Shown piece after piece: positions 18,500-28,289 of a DNA stretch of 64,000 nucleotides. The position numbers and the translations under genes are program-made. This DNA is from Capsulimonadales bacterium (GTDB lineage: Bacteria > Armatimonadota > Armatimonadia > Armatimonadales > Armatimonadaceae). The notes below the pieces were generated by a model. The model ran no database searches, was not told the DNA's origin, and saw only the letters and a list, made by a program, of their open reading frames with translations. The stretch covers positions 18,151-82,150 of the forward strand of contig JANRLW010000077.1 of the NCBI GenBank assembly GCA_033762295.1. Reading direction: 5' to 3'. Each line of letters opens with the position of its first letter. Position 1 is the first letter of the stretch.

Positions 18500-20824
18500 C
18501 TATTCTAGCACACGGCGTCCGCGTGCCGGGGACGTCTCTCCGGACGTCGTTTCGGGTTCCCAGACCGGCAGGGAGGCGACTTCCCGACGTGCGGCATCCG
18601 AGGTCGGCACACCCCAGCGGACGAAGAAGGGACCGAGGTTTTTTCCGACCGCTTTTGAGAATCGGACCAGGAACTGATCGTGCTTTTCGAGGTCGGTCTT
18701 CGGTCGTTCGGCATCAGGGAGCGCTTCGTACTGTGCGAAGACCCGTGTAAACGGCTCCCAGCCGAACGCCTGCCGCAGACGGGCGAACAGTGTCAGAGCG
18801 AGGAACGGGTCCGATTTCCACTGTTCGTACTTCGCGCCGCCGGTCAGGTACGCGGTCTCGCGCTTCGTTCTCTCCTCCGGGCGCATCGCCGGATGGGAGG
18901 TCGCGTAGTCGGGCGTCACCCCGTTGAACCGCTCACTCCCGTACAGGGAGAACAGATTGTTGGTCACCTCGCCGCAGCCGTCCCAGGTCCATTCGGGCTT
19001 CTGGTGATTGTGGCCCAGTTCGTGGTAAAAGCCCCAGACCTTCTCCCCGTCTTTACCACGCAAAACCGGCAGATCGACGAACCTTGCGGCGACATCCTCC
19101 CAGGTCATGATCGGATAGCCGGAGTGCATGTATCCGGCGGAGATCTGCCGGTCGACGCAGTATCTTTGCGGCTGACGGCGAATTTCGGGGACCGCATAGA
19201 ACGCTGCGCAGGCATCCATGACCTCGTCCCAGTAGGTCATCAGGGCATCGGGGTCGTCGAGGGTGCGAACGACTTCCGAGGGAACGGTCAGCGCGACCCG
19301 CTTTCCGGCCAGTTCCGCCCAGGGCGCGGGCGCGAGCCGCGACTTTCGCCATTCGTCGGCGGTGGTTTTGCCGCGTACGAAATACGGAGCGTCGATCACG
19401 TTTCCGACCGTGAGCGTGAACGGTTCGACAGGGGCGTTCTCCGGCGTTTCGACGAAGATTCCTCCGCCGAACGGCGAGGCGACCCGTACGTTCGCCCGGT
19501 CGAGCGGGAACCGACGCGCGATCTCCGGCCACCGCTCCCACTTTTCCAGGTGCCACAGGGTATCGGTGTGCGCCCCGATCCGCAGGACGAACCCGCGTCC
19601 GGTCAGGGTCACCGGCACCTGCACGGTAACAACCTCGCCCGGTGGGGCATACAGTCCGGTTCCGAACCATCCGCCCCGGACCGGTTCGACGGTTACCTTG
19701 CGGGAGTGGCGGGTTGCGTCGGGTGGCACGGCTCCGGGAAAATCGGCGGCGGCGGGGTTCGCCCGGATTCTTTCCGGCGGCAGGCGACGTTCCCCCCGAT
19801 GGTCGAGGACCGCTTTCAGTCGGGCGAACGGGTTATTCGGGGTCACCGGTCGGGTTTTGGTCGGCACGAGGGTTCGGGCGAACCGTTCACACAGCGCCGA
19901 CACGCGGGCGGCGACGGTCGCCTCCTCCGCAGGCAGAGCGCCGACCGTCAGCGCGAGGACCTGCGTCGCCTGCGCGAGTTCGGGCGCGGCCAGGGTCGCC
20001 TTCCCTTCGGCATGGCGGGTCAGACGATCCAGGGCGTTACGGGCATGGGCGGCTTCCGCCCCGACGGCGTCCGCCAAATAACCGCCGTTCCGGGCGGTGG
20101 CGTCGAGCATCCCGTCGGCCCAGGCGATTCCGGCATCACGGGCGACGCGGTTCGCGCTCTGTTCGGTAACGAGGTCTTTTCCGGTGACCTGTTTCCATCC
20201 CCAGGCCGGACCGGCCAGGATCACTCCGCCGCCATCGTTTCGAATCCACTCGCGGACGGCGCGGATTGCGGCGGCGCGTCCGTCGAGGACGGACTGGTTC
20301 AGATAGAGCACATCCAGGTTCTTCAGACGCGCCCCGAGATCAGCGTAGTCCTCGTTTTCGAGCAGGACGGCGTCGGCCTCGGCGGTGCGGAGTACGGACA
20401 GCGTTTCCGGTTCGAAGGTGCCGACACGGAGCGTCTGCGGATTGGGCTTGCCACGTCCGGCCCAGAGAACGGCGTTGTGCAGGAATCGCGCGTTGTCGGG
20501 ATCGCGGGCCGCTCGTCCGATGAACGCTTCATGTCCGAGGGCGACGATCCGTCCGCGTTCCCAGCGGGCGGCGGCGATGAGCGGGACGCGGCTTTTGCCC
20601 TCGCGCGCGGTCATCACGACGAACGCCTTCTCGCCGAAGACGGCCAGAGGTCCCGGAATCGCGCCGGGCGCGGAAATCGCCGTCACGCCTTCGAGCAGGG
20701 CCTTCCGATCGGCATCGACATCGGCCCGAACCGGCAATACGATCGACAAGGACAGAACGAGGAGAAGGAGATACGGGAACGCGCGCAGGGTCGTCATACC
20801 GTTCGTTTTCGTTACGCCCGGCAT
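18500..20824 (-). CDS. Secreted M60-like (enhancin/TCAF-type) zinc metallopeptidase
   Basis: Signal peptide; TGLYAPPGE, PWAEL, QISAGYMHSGYP and WGFYHELGHNHQ...EVTNN (HEXXH plus E). Confidence 0.9.
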   Translation of the reverse strand: MPGVTKTNGMTTLRAFPYLLLLVLSLSIVLPVRADVDADRKALLEGVTAISAPGAIPGPLAVFGEKAFVVMTAREGKSRVPLIAAARWERGRIVALGHEAFIGRAARDPDNARFLHNAVLWAGRGKPNPQTLRVGTFEPETLSVLRTAEADAVLLENEDYADLGARLKNLDVLYLNQSVLDGRAAAIRAVREWIRNDGGGVILAGPAWGWKQVTGKDLVTEQSANRVARDAGIAWADGMLDATARNGGYLADAVGAEAAHARNALDRLTRHAEGKATLAAPELAQATQVLALTVGALPAEEATVAARVSALCERFARTLVPTKTRPVTPNNPFARLKAVLDHRGERRLPPERIRANPAAADFPGAVPPDATRHSRKVTVEPVRGGWFGTGLYAPPGEVVTVQVPVTLTGRGFVLRIGAHTDTLWHLEKWERWPEIARRFPLDRANVRVASPFGGGIFVETPENAPVEPFTLTVGNVIDAPYFVRGKTTADEWRKSRLAPAPWAELAGKRVALTVPSEVVRTLDDPDALMTYWDEVMDACAAFYAVPEIRRQPQRYCVDRQISAGYMHSGYPIMTWEDVAARFVDLPVLRGKDGEKVWGFYHELGHNHQKPEWTWDGCGEVTNNLFSLYGSERFNGVTPDYATSHPAMRPEERTKRETAYLTGGAKYEQWKSDPFLALTLFARLRQAFGWEPFTRVFAQYEALPDAERPKTDLEKHDQFLVRFSKAVGKNLGPFFVRWGVPTSDAARREVASLPVWEPETTSGETSPARGRRVLE

Positions 20825-20913
20825 GAATCCTCTTTTTCTCCGCCGCGCGGAATTTTATGAACCATCGAGCGGGTTCGGCGTCGGAACACAAACTCTATTT
20901 TTCGGAGAAAACG

Positions 20914-21810
20914 ATGGCTTTCCGCTTTCCGCCGACGCTTTGCCGGATCGTTGCGCCGGTCGGTCTTCTTTTAACGATATGGCCCCCCGTTCCCGCCGAC
21001 GCCCAGTCCCTTCCTCCGGTAACGGTGAGACAGGATGTTCCCTATCGCCGCGTTACCGACAACCGCCGCCTGACGTCGCTCGATATCCACTCCCCGACCG
21101 GGCGGACTCGCTGCCCGGTGATCGTCTTCATCCACGGCGGCGGCTGGCAAACCGGCGACAAACGAAGCGCGGCCCGGGGAAAATCGACGGCGTTTCCGCG
21201 TCAGGGCTATGTTTTCGTCAGTATCAACTATCGGCTGGCTCCGGCGGTGAAGCATCCGGTTCTGGTGCAGGATTGTGCCCGTGCCATCGCCTGGGTTCGC
21301 AACCATATCGGTAGTTACGGCGGCGACCCGGACAATATCTTTGTTATGGGGCATTCGGCGGGGGCGCACCTGGCCGCTCTGGTATCGACGGACGACCGGT
21401 ACCTGAGGGCGGAGGGTCTGACACTTAAGAACCTTCGCGGAACGATTCTACTGGACGGCGGTTCGTACGATATGACCCCGACCGGCGTCAAGAGTCCCAC
21501 CAAGGATATCTCCATTACGCGAACGTTCGGTGAGGACCAGTCCGTTTGGAAGGAGGCGTCACCGGTTTACAACGTATCGCCGGGCAAGGACATTCCGCCG
21601 TTCCTGATCTTCTACGTGGCGTCGCGCACCGACTCCGGCAGTCAGTCCCGGCAACTGGGGGAAACGCTGAAAGCGGCGGGGGTTCGTGCGGAGGTACGGC
21701 CCGCTTACCGCAAAACGCACGGGACGTTGAACCGCGACCTCGGGCGACCGGGCGACCCGCCCACCGAGGCGGTCTACGCCTTTTTGCGCGAAGCCGTCGT
21801 AAAATCGTGA
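20914..21810 (+). CDS. Secreted alpha/beta hydrolase (HSL-type carboxylesterase)
   Basis: IHGGGW oxyanion motif, INYRLAP, GHSAG nucleophile and C-terminal H; signal peptide; GGAG RBS. Confidence 0.88.
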   Translation: MAFRFPPTLCRIVAPVGLLLTIWPPVPADAQSLPPVTVRQDVPYRRVTDNRRLTSLDIHSPTGRTRCPVIVFIHGGGWQTGDKRSAARGKSTAFPRQGYVFVSINYRLAPAVKHPVLVQDCARAIAWVRNHIGSYGGDPDNIFVMGHSAGAHLAALVSTDDRYLRAEGLTLKNLRGTILLDGGSYDMTPTGVKSPTKDISITRTFGEDQSVWKEASPVYNVSPGKDIPPFLIFYVASRTDSGSQSRQLGETLKAAGVRAEVRPAYRKTHGTLNRDLGRPGDPPTEAVYAFLREAVVKS

Positions 21811-21891
21811 GACCGGTCCGGGCGGATACGTCGGCAAGCGCCTGTCGACACGCAAACCAGGGTTCGCCCCAATGCCATACCCGGTGATTCC

Positions 21892-22473
21892 TCAAACTCC
21901 CGCATCATCAAAGGCCTGTCGAAGGAGGTCGGTAATCTGCAGTTCGGCAGCCCAGTAGCGCATATAATCAAAATCCAGGGAGGTGCCCTGTACCTTGAGG
22001 ATCCCCTGGACATCGTACCACTGCCGGTCGGAACGTTCGCCGGTGGCGCGATACCAGCGCAGCTTTTGCAGCACCATATCCTCCGGAGAAGCAAAGTAGA
22101 TATCTTCCGAATTATCGAGGATGCGAATCCTTTCCGGTCGTCGACGACCCATTTCCGAACGTTCGAAGGCACCTTCATTCAAAGGAAAAAGGTCCGCTTT
22201 GACCATCGTCGGGAGATGGATGACATTAAAGGAGATACCGTGATGGAGTGCATTTCGGATCATATCCGCATCGATATAAAAGTCATTTGACAATGCGGTA
22301 ACCAGGTCGGGAACCGAACTTTCTTTTAGATCCACAACAATATCGGCGTCGTTGGTTGCTCGAAACACGCCATAAACGGAACTCGCAACGGACCCACCGA
22401 CATAATAGGGAATTCCCAGGTCCTCGAAACGCTTTGCCAGAATATCTACCACCACCAATGTTTCGGAACTCAT
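21892..22473 (-). CDS. Nucleotidyltransferase-like toxin (MenT/AbiEii-like)
   Basis: YVGGSVAS..G..RATNDADIV (GG...RxTxDxD), PEDMVLQKL and DRQWYD motifs; ATG overlaps the upstream TGA (TGATG). Confidence 0.7.
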   Translation of the reverse strand: MSSETLVVVDILAKRFEDLGIPYYVGGSVASSVYGVFRATNDADIVVDLKESSVPDLVTALSNDFYIDADMIRNALHHGISFNVIHLPTMVKADLFPLNEGAFERSEMGRRRPERIRILDNSEDIYFASPEDMVLQKLRWYRATGERSDRQWYDVQGILKVQGTSLDFDYMRYWAAELQITDLLRQAFDDAGV

Positions 22474-22733
22474 CAATAGCCTTTTTCCGTCGGGTCCCAT
22501 CCGAACGCTTTGACCATCAGTTCGGCGGGAATTCGTCGGGAAGCGATCCGCAAACGCACCTCGTCCTCGGTGGCATCCGGATACCGTCGCAGAACATCCG
22601 TCCGAGCAAGTTGCTCCCCCATCGCATTTAACCCTTCCAGACGTGCGAATTTTTCTGCCGGCGTCATCTTGCGGATGCCTTCGATCCAGATGCGTTCAAT
22701 CTCCGGATGGGTGTCGGGTGAGAGGGTTTTCAC
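22473..22733 (-). CDS. Small helical protein, putative antitoxin (MenA1-like)
   Basis: 86 aa, translationally coupled upstream of the NTase gene; MTPAEKF...GEQLAR...RYPDATEDEV pattern. Confidence 0.6.
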   Translation of the reverse strand: MKTLSPDTHPEIERIWIEGIRKMTPAEKFARLEGLNAMGEQLARTDVLRRYPDATEDEVRLRIASRRIPAELMVKAFGWDPTEKGY

Positions 22734-23743
22734 CGTTTAACCTCGCCGAGTAGTTCGAGAAGGTGCGGTTCGATGAGGTCGCGGAGGGCGGGGTTGGCGT
22801 AGCCGACCCAGGAGACGGGGGCGCGGATGTCCAGAGGCGCGGTCAACGGTCCGCCGGTCTCGTCGGTGAGGATCACCCCGGCCTCGCGGGCGATCCGTTC
22901 GACGCAGATATCGTACGGATGGCAGACCAGCTTCTTCGGCAGACCGAGGGCATCGAAGAAGACCGGACGCAGGTCGGCCAGAAACCGGTCGTGGCCGACG
23001 AGGATCTCATAGATCTGGCCCCCGGTGCTGATGTATTCATCGTCGAAGACGAGCGGGTTCTCTCCCTCGTTCGGCGCGACGCGGGCCAGCAGTTCCTCCT
23101 CGAAGGCGGCGATGGCGGCCTTGGCGGGCGGGAAGAACTTGACGACGGACGAGAACCCGTGCGCCAGGTGCGGCGTTCGGGAGGGACGTAAAGGCAACGG
23201 CGTCCGCTCGCCCGTTCGCAGGTCTTGCGCCTCCCGGTAGGCCCCCTCCCCCCGGATCGCCCATAGCTGATCGGACAGGACATGTCGGGTGGTCGGGATC
23301 TCGGTCATGACCGCCACCTCGATGTCGGCAAGCGTCGTTTCCGCGCCCCGGTTCGGCGCGACTCCGGCAAGCGCCCAGGCCGATCGCTTGTTGTACATGA
23401 TGTTTCGGGTGCCGTCGATCGGATCGACGATCAGCAGAAAGGCCGCGTCCTCCTCACGGGCGGTCTCCGGAAAGACACGCCAGCCGTTCCCCTCGATACC
23501 TTCGGCGATCAGGACGAACGGCGACTCGTTCGCCCACTCGTCGCAGAACGCGAACAGGATCTCTTCACTATGGGCGTCGATCCGGTAGATCGTGTCGCCG
23601 CCGCGCACGTCGGCCACATCGGCCAGGGGGGCGTGTGCCGCCGCTTCCTGTGCGCGCAGGTGGGCCAGCAGGTGATCGCGGATCGCGATTTGCAGGGCGC
23701 GAAGTTTCTCGACGTATCGGGCGGGTTCGCCGGGCAGTGACAT
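22730..23743 (-). CDS. Inositol monophosphatase-family phosphatase
   Basis: IAEG, VDPIDGT and HPYD motifs. Confidence 0.8.
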   Translation of the reverse strand: MSLPGEPARYVEKLRALQIAIRDHLLAHLRAQEAAAHAPLADVADVRGGDTIYRIDAHSEEILFAFCDEWANESPFVLIAEGIEGNGWRVFPETAREEDAAFLLIVDPIDGTRNIMYNKRSAWALAGVAPNRGAETTLADIEVAVMTEIPTTRHVLSDQLWAIRGEGAYREAQDLRTGERTPLPLRPSRTPHLAHGFSSVVKFFPPAKAAIAAFEEELLARVAPNEGENPLVFDDEYISTGGQIYEILVGHDRFLADLRPVFFDALGLPKKLVCHPYDICVERIAREAGVILTDETGGPLTAPLDIRAPVSWVGYANPALRDLIEPHLLELLGEVKR

Positions 23744-23765
23744 GGTTCGTTCTCCGGTCCCTATT

Positions 23766-24905
23766 TTATCCCGCCGGGCGTGTCGCCGGGAGTTCCTTCG
23801 TACGCTCGGCGACGGACATCAGCGGGGGCAGGCCGTTTTCGGGGCGGTCCAGGTAGAAATAGGCGCAGGATGACCAGTCATCCTGTCGTTCGAACATCAC
23901 GAACGGCGGCGCGTTCTCGGAGAGGTCGGCGGGAACGAGACCGGGACCGGCGGCGTAGATCGGGTCGCCGTCGGCTTCGACCCGTTCCCGGAGCCGTGCT
24001 TTCGCGTCACCGAACACGCCGCCCAGTTGCTGGATGGTTACCCGGATCGACGTCGCGAAGTAGACCGGGTCGGGAACGTGGTAACGGTAGAAGCAGTAGG
24101 CCATGCGGGCATGGTCGGCGAACGGACAGCCCTGATACGGATGGGCGAACGCCCCCTGCCCCCAGGCGGTGCCAATATAGTCCTCGGTGCCGGTTCCGCA
24201 GAGCGTGAGGTCGGCCCCGTCGAGGTACATCTTCACCTCGCCCTCGCCCCACCAGTTTTCGTGATACCGGCGAACATCGGCGCGCATGCCGACATTGACG
24301 CCCAGGAAGCGGCCCCGGCCCGTGACGGTGGGCAGCAGGGCGTAATCCTGTTGCAGCACGGTCGGGTTCTCCCGGCGGAAGCAGGCATGGAAGTACAGGG
24401 TATCGTCCGGGTGTTCGTCGTCGATGGTGTAGTTGACGTCGTAAAAGAGGTAATCGAGCTGTCGGTCGGACTCGTTGGTGAGGGTCAGGCGCATGCCGTT
24501 GCGGAAGGGCATCGGGATCGCGGCATTGAACGACCGGCCTTCCGGATTGGCAAAAAGAGCGGAATGGAAGGCGACGCACTGTCCGAGGCCGAGGCCGAAG
24601 AAATCGCCGAGCGGCGCGGAGACGGCGGGGGAGGCGGCTCCGTCCCAGGTGAAATCGACCCGCAGGGAGCGGAGCATCTCGGGCGAGCGGTCGTTGACGG
24701 TCATCCACAGGCGGCGAACGGTCCCGGAGACGCCCTCCGGTTCCTGCGCCAGGGTGACGGTCTCCCCGGCCGCGACGACGAGCCACGCGCGGCCCTTGCG
24801 CCCGCCGTTCGCGCGCCCCCCCTGCCCCGGCTGTGCCGTCGGGTTTTCGGGAGACGCCCATCGGGTGCGAATCTTTCCGGGGGATCGGTAGAGTGGTTCG
24901 TTCAT
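23766..24905 (-). CDS. DUF2961 / GH172 glycoside hydrolase
   Basis: SPENP..GGRAN, APLGDFFG, PMPFR, WWGEGE and GTGTEDY motifs. Confidence 0.85.
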   Translation of the reverse strand: MNEPLYRSPGKIRTRWASPENPTAQPGQGGRANGGRKGRAWLVVAAGETVTLAQEPEGVSGTVRRLWMTVNDRSPEMLRSLRVDFTWDGAASPAVSAPLGDFFGLGLGQCVAFHSALFANPEGRSFNAAIPMPFRNGMRLTLTNESDRQLDYLFYDVNYTIDDEHPDDTLYFHACFRRENPTVLQQDYALLPTVTGRGRFLGVNVGMRADVRRYHENWWGEGEVKMYLDGADLTLCGTGTEDYIGTAWGQGAFAHPYQGCPFADHARMAYCFYRYHVPDPVYFATSIRVTIQQLGGVFGDAKARLRERVEADGDPIYAAGPGLVPADLSENAPPFVMFERQDDWSSCAYFYLDRPENGLPPLMSVAERTKELPATRPAG

Positions 24906-26281
24906 CGGATCGGCAGGGTCCTTATCGGGGTCGCCAGTGAGCCGGGGGAGGTGCCGCGGATCAGTCGGGCCGGGATCCCGGTGCGTCGGAAGTAGGCGTT
25001 GCGGATCGCTTCGGTGACGGCGGCTTCACGGTCGGCGCGGCAGAGGATACAGACGGTTCCGCCGGAGCCGCCTCCGGTGATTTTCGCGCCGGCGACGCCT
25101 TCCTGTTCCCTGGCCAGTTCCACCAGCAGATCCGTTTCGGTCGAGCCGATGCCGCAGTCGGTATAGGATTGATGCGCTTCGTACATCCTCTGACCGGCGG
25201 CGGCGAACGCGTCCGGGTCCGCATCGCCGACCCGTATCCGTTCGACAAAATCCCGCACGCGTTCGTGTTCGAAGATCGGATGTTCGGTGGCGGCGCGGAC
25301 GAGGTAGGTTTCGTTCGGATCGACGGTTGTCACCGTGTCGAAGATACCGGAATGGCGGGCAAGGAACTCCGCGCCGGTGATTCGATCCGGGAGCGCGCCG
25401 CCGGGCAGGTTCGCGACGATACGGCGGTAATCGTCGGGGGTCACATTGCCAAGGTAACCGCCAAACCCCGATTTCGCCGCGTCGGACAGGATTTTGTAGC
25501 CCATGAAGGCGGCGACGCGCACGCGGATGTAGGCGTTTCCGGCGACGCTGTGCTTGTGACCGGAGTCGAGTCCGAACGCGCACCAGTCGGGCGGAAGTTC
25601 GGCGAAGCCGCGCAGTTCGGCGGGTTGACAGAGCAGGAGCAAGAGTTTCCCGGCCTCGCCGAGGGTGGCCGTCACCTGATCCATGATGCCGCAGGGGGCG
25701 TCCATGACATCGTTCTCGACCCGCTGGCAGAGTTTGGCCATCTCAAGGCCATCCAGGGCGACGGAGAACGCGGCGCAGAGGGCGCGCATCGACGCGACCT
25801 CGACGGCGGCGGACGAGGAGACGCCCGCTCCGAGCGGCACGGTGGAGTTGAGGAGGAGTTTCGCGCCGACGCCGCGCGGAATCAGGCCCTCGGCGCGCAG
25901 CAGGGAGAAGCATCCGGCGACATACCCGACCCAGTGGGCTTCCGGCGGATGTTCACGCAGGTATTTGAGCAGCGAGACGGGGTTGATGAACACCTCGGCG
26001 GGGAGCGAAACCTCCTCGGTCAGTCCTTCGGCTTTCGCATTGAGCGAGCGGACGACGACGGTGTTTTCCCCGGTTCCGCCGACCAACGCGCCGACCATCG
26101 CCGCCTGCTCGATCGGCATTTCGGCGACGAGCGAACCGGAGTAGTCGGCGATACCGCCCATGACATCGAGTCGTCCGGGGGCGCGGGCGACGTGGACGGT
26201 CGCGCCGGAGGGGAAGAAATCCGCCGCCTCACCGGCGAGCGTCGTCTCAAAAGCGGCATAATCCTGTGCGGTATCGTACAT
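24902..26281 (-). CDS. GHMP sugar-1-kinase, galactokinase/L-arabinokinase-like
   Basis: RAPGRLDVMGGIADYSGSLV, PLGAGVSSSAA, CGIMDQ and GAKITGGGSGG motifs; start ATG 26281. Confidence 0.85.
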   Translation of the reverse strand: MYDTAQDYAAFETTLAGEAADFFPSGATVHVARAPGRLDVMGGIADYSGSLVAEMPIEQAAMVGALVGGTGENTVVVRSLNAKAEGLTEEVSLPAEVFINPVSLLKYLREHPPEAHWVGYVAGCFSLLRAEGLIPRGVGAKLLLNSTVPLGAGVSSSAAVEVASMRALCAAFSVALDGLEMAKLCQRVENDVMDAPCGIMDQVTATLGEAGKLLLLLCQPAELRGFAELPPDWCAFGLDSGHKHSVAGNAYIRVRVAAFMGYKILSDAAKSGFGGYLGNVTPDDYRRIVANLPGGALPDRITGAEFLARHSGIFDTVTTVDPNETYLVRAATEHPIFEHERVRDFVERIRVGDADPDAFAAAGQRMYEAHQSYTDCGIGSTETDLLVELAREQEGVAGAKITGGGSGGTVCILCRADREAAVTEAIRNAYFRRTGIPARLIRGTSPGSLATPIRTLPIR

Positions 26282-26383
26282 CTCCCGTTCATTGTCCGGA
26301 GCGGAGGAAAAGTCCTTCCCTTCGGCCGAAGGTGTTGCCGTTCGGAGGGAAGTCCGGTTACAATGGAGGCCGGGCAATCACCA

Positions 26384-28285
26384 ATGACGCTGCGTGGCCT
26401 TTTCCTCGGTTTTTTCGGAGCGATCGTCGTCTCGATCTATCAGATGATCTTCAAGATCATTCCTGATCGCGTGTTTCTGTCCTTTCCGAGCGTCCACACC
26501 CTCTTTACCGGCGTTATTTTCTGGGTTTTCCTGCTGGCGGTCGTCAATGCCTTCCTGAAGCGTCGCTTCTCCCGGTGGGCGTTGCAACCGGCGGAGATGG
26601 CGGTCATTTACGGCATCTCGACCGTCGCGGCGAGCATCGCGGCTCAGGACGAGGCTCAGTTCCTGTTTCCGATGTACGTCTATCCGTTTCGCGAGACGCA
26701 GGCGGATCGTATGGGACCGTTCCGGCAGTTCATCCCGACCTGGATGGTGCCGCAGGACCCCGCCATCGTCGAACCGCTTTATACCGGCCATGTGAACTTC
26801 TGGGAGCCGGAGCGGGTACGCGCGTGGGCCATCCCGGTGGCCTGCTGGCTGGTCTGGTTCACCGTTCTCGGGGCGACGATGTGGGCGTGGAACGCCATAC
26901 TTCGCCGTCGGTGGATCGACCACGACAAACTCTCCTTTCCCTGCGTTCAGCTTCCGCTGGAACTGTGCCGGAACGCCGGGTTCGGCGGGCGGGCGGGGGG
27001 AACGCTCTTCTGGGTCGGCTTCGCGATTTCGGCGGTGATCGAATCGCTCAATACGCTGAACTCGATCGTTCCGAACGTGCCGTATCTCCGGCTGGACTGG
27101 GAGGCGTCCTCGACCATCGAAGCTCTGCCCTCCCCCTGGAAGGCCGCCGCCCCGATGTACCTGACCTGGGGGACGCTGCATCTGGGCATCTGCTACCTGA
27201 TTCCGACCGATATCCTGTTCAGTTCATGGTTCTTCTATCTGTGCCGGAAGGCGCTCGAAATATTCGGCTATGCGATGGCCTGGCGTGAACTCGGCTGGGA
27301 CGCAAGCGGTTTCCCCTATACCCGGGCGCAATCGGCCGGGGCGTGGGCGGTGCTGTTCTTTCTCCTGGTCTGGGCGGAGCGTCGACGGCTGGGCCATGCG
27401 CTGGAAGCGGCGTTCACTTTCGGTCCGCAACCCGATCCGGGCGACGAGCCGACGAGCGACCGGACCGCCGGACGCGTTCTGATCGTGGGCACGCTGTTTC
27501 TGATCGCCTGGGGAGTCGCCAGCGGCATGTCGCTCGCCATCGCGATCGCGTTCTACGGGTTTTTCTTTCTGCTCAACATCACGATGACGCGCGTCTATGC
27601 GCAGGTCGGTCCGCCGATTCTCGAACTGTACTACCTGGACCCGGAGAAGACGTTTACGACGATCTTCGGAACCCTCGGTCAGCAGCCCGGACCGCTGGTG
27701 CAGTTCTCCCTGATGTACTGGATCAACCGCGATCACCGGGGTCAGATCATGGGCCATCAACTGGCGGCGCTGAAGGTGGCGCAGGAGTCCGGCGTTTCGC
27801 TGCGGCGGTTCGGCCCCTGGATTCCGGTCGCGTTCACGGTCGGCGCGGCGACCTGCCTGATCACCTACCTGCACTGGGTCTACCGGGTCGGCGAGGATCA
27901 GTTCGTATCCGGCGGTTACCGGGAGGCGGCGGCGGGACTGGCGATCAGCCGGATCCGGGAGTGGGTCTTCACGCCGAAGGGGCCGAACTGGCTGGAGATC
28001 GGGTTTATGGGGTTCGGGGCGATCTTCACGGCGATCCTGGCGAAGATCAGTTTCACGTTTCCGGGGTTGCCGCTGCACCCGATCGGGTACGCGCTGGCGG
28101 TCTGTTTCGCGGTGGAGTACAACTGGCCCGCGTTCCTGCTGATGTGGATCGCCAAAAGCCTGATCCTTCGGTACGGCGGCCTGAAAAACTATCTGCGGTT
28201 CGTTCCGCTGGCGCTCGGTCTGACCCTCGGCGGATTCGTCGTGCCGGTCTTCTGGGGCTTTTTCAAATGGTGGCTGGATCGCTGA
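26384..28285 (+). CDS. Polytopic membrane protein, DUF6785/DUF6784 (OPT-like) family; putative transporter
   Basis: Many TM segments; ILRRRW...KLSFP, PLHPIG and LRYGG motifs; GGAGG upstream (alternative start 26363). Confidence 0.7.
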   Translation: MTLRGLFLGFFGAIVVSIYQMIFKIIPDRVFLSFPSVHTLFTGVIFWVFLLAVVNAFLKRRFSRWALQPAEMAVIYGISTVAASIAAQDEAQFLFPMYVYPFRETQADRMGPFRQFIPTWMVPQDPAIVEPLYTGHVNFWEPERVRAWAIPVACWLVWFTVLGATMWAWNAILRRRWIDHDKLSFPCVQLPLELCRNAGFGGRAGGTLFWVGFAISAVIESLNTLNSIVPNVPYLRLDWEASSTIEALPSPWKAAAPMYLTWGTLHLGICYLIPTDILFSSWFFYLCRKALEIFGYAMAWRELGWDASGFPYTRAQSAGAWAVLFFLLVWAERRRLGHALEAAFTFGPQPDPGDEPTSDRTAGRVLIVGTLFLIAWGVASGMSLAIAIAFYGFFFLLNITMTRVYAQVGPPILELYYLDPEKTFTTIFGTLGQQPGPLVQFSLMYWINRDHRGQIMGHQLAALKVAQESGVSLRRFGPWIPVAFTVGAATCLITYLHWVYRVGEDQFVSGGYREAAAGLAISRIREWVFTPKGPNWLEIGFMGFGAIFTAILAKISFTFPGLPLHPIGYALAVCFAVEYNWPAFLLMWIAKSLILRYGGLKNYLRFVPLALGLTLGGFVVPVFWGFFKWWLDR

Positions 28286-28289
28286 CGGA

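Noticed and set aside
25169..26383. N-terminal 400 aa of the 1038-aa ORF (apparent fusion)
   Set aside because: Overlaps the GHMP kinase on the opposite strand; the real membrane protein starts near 26363/26384.
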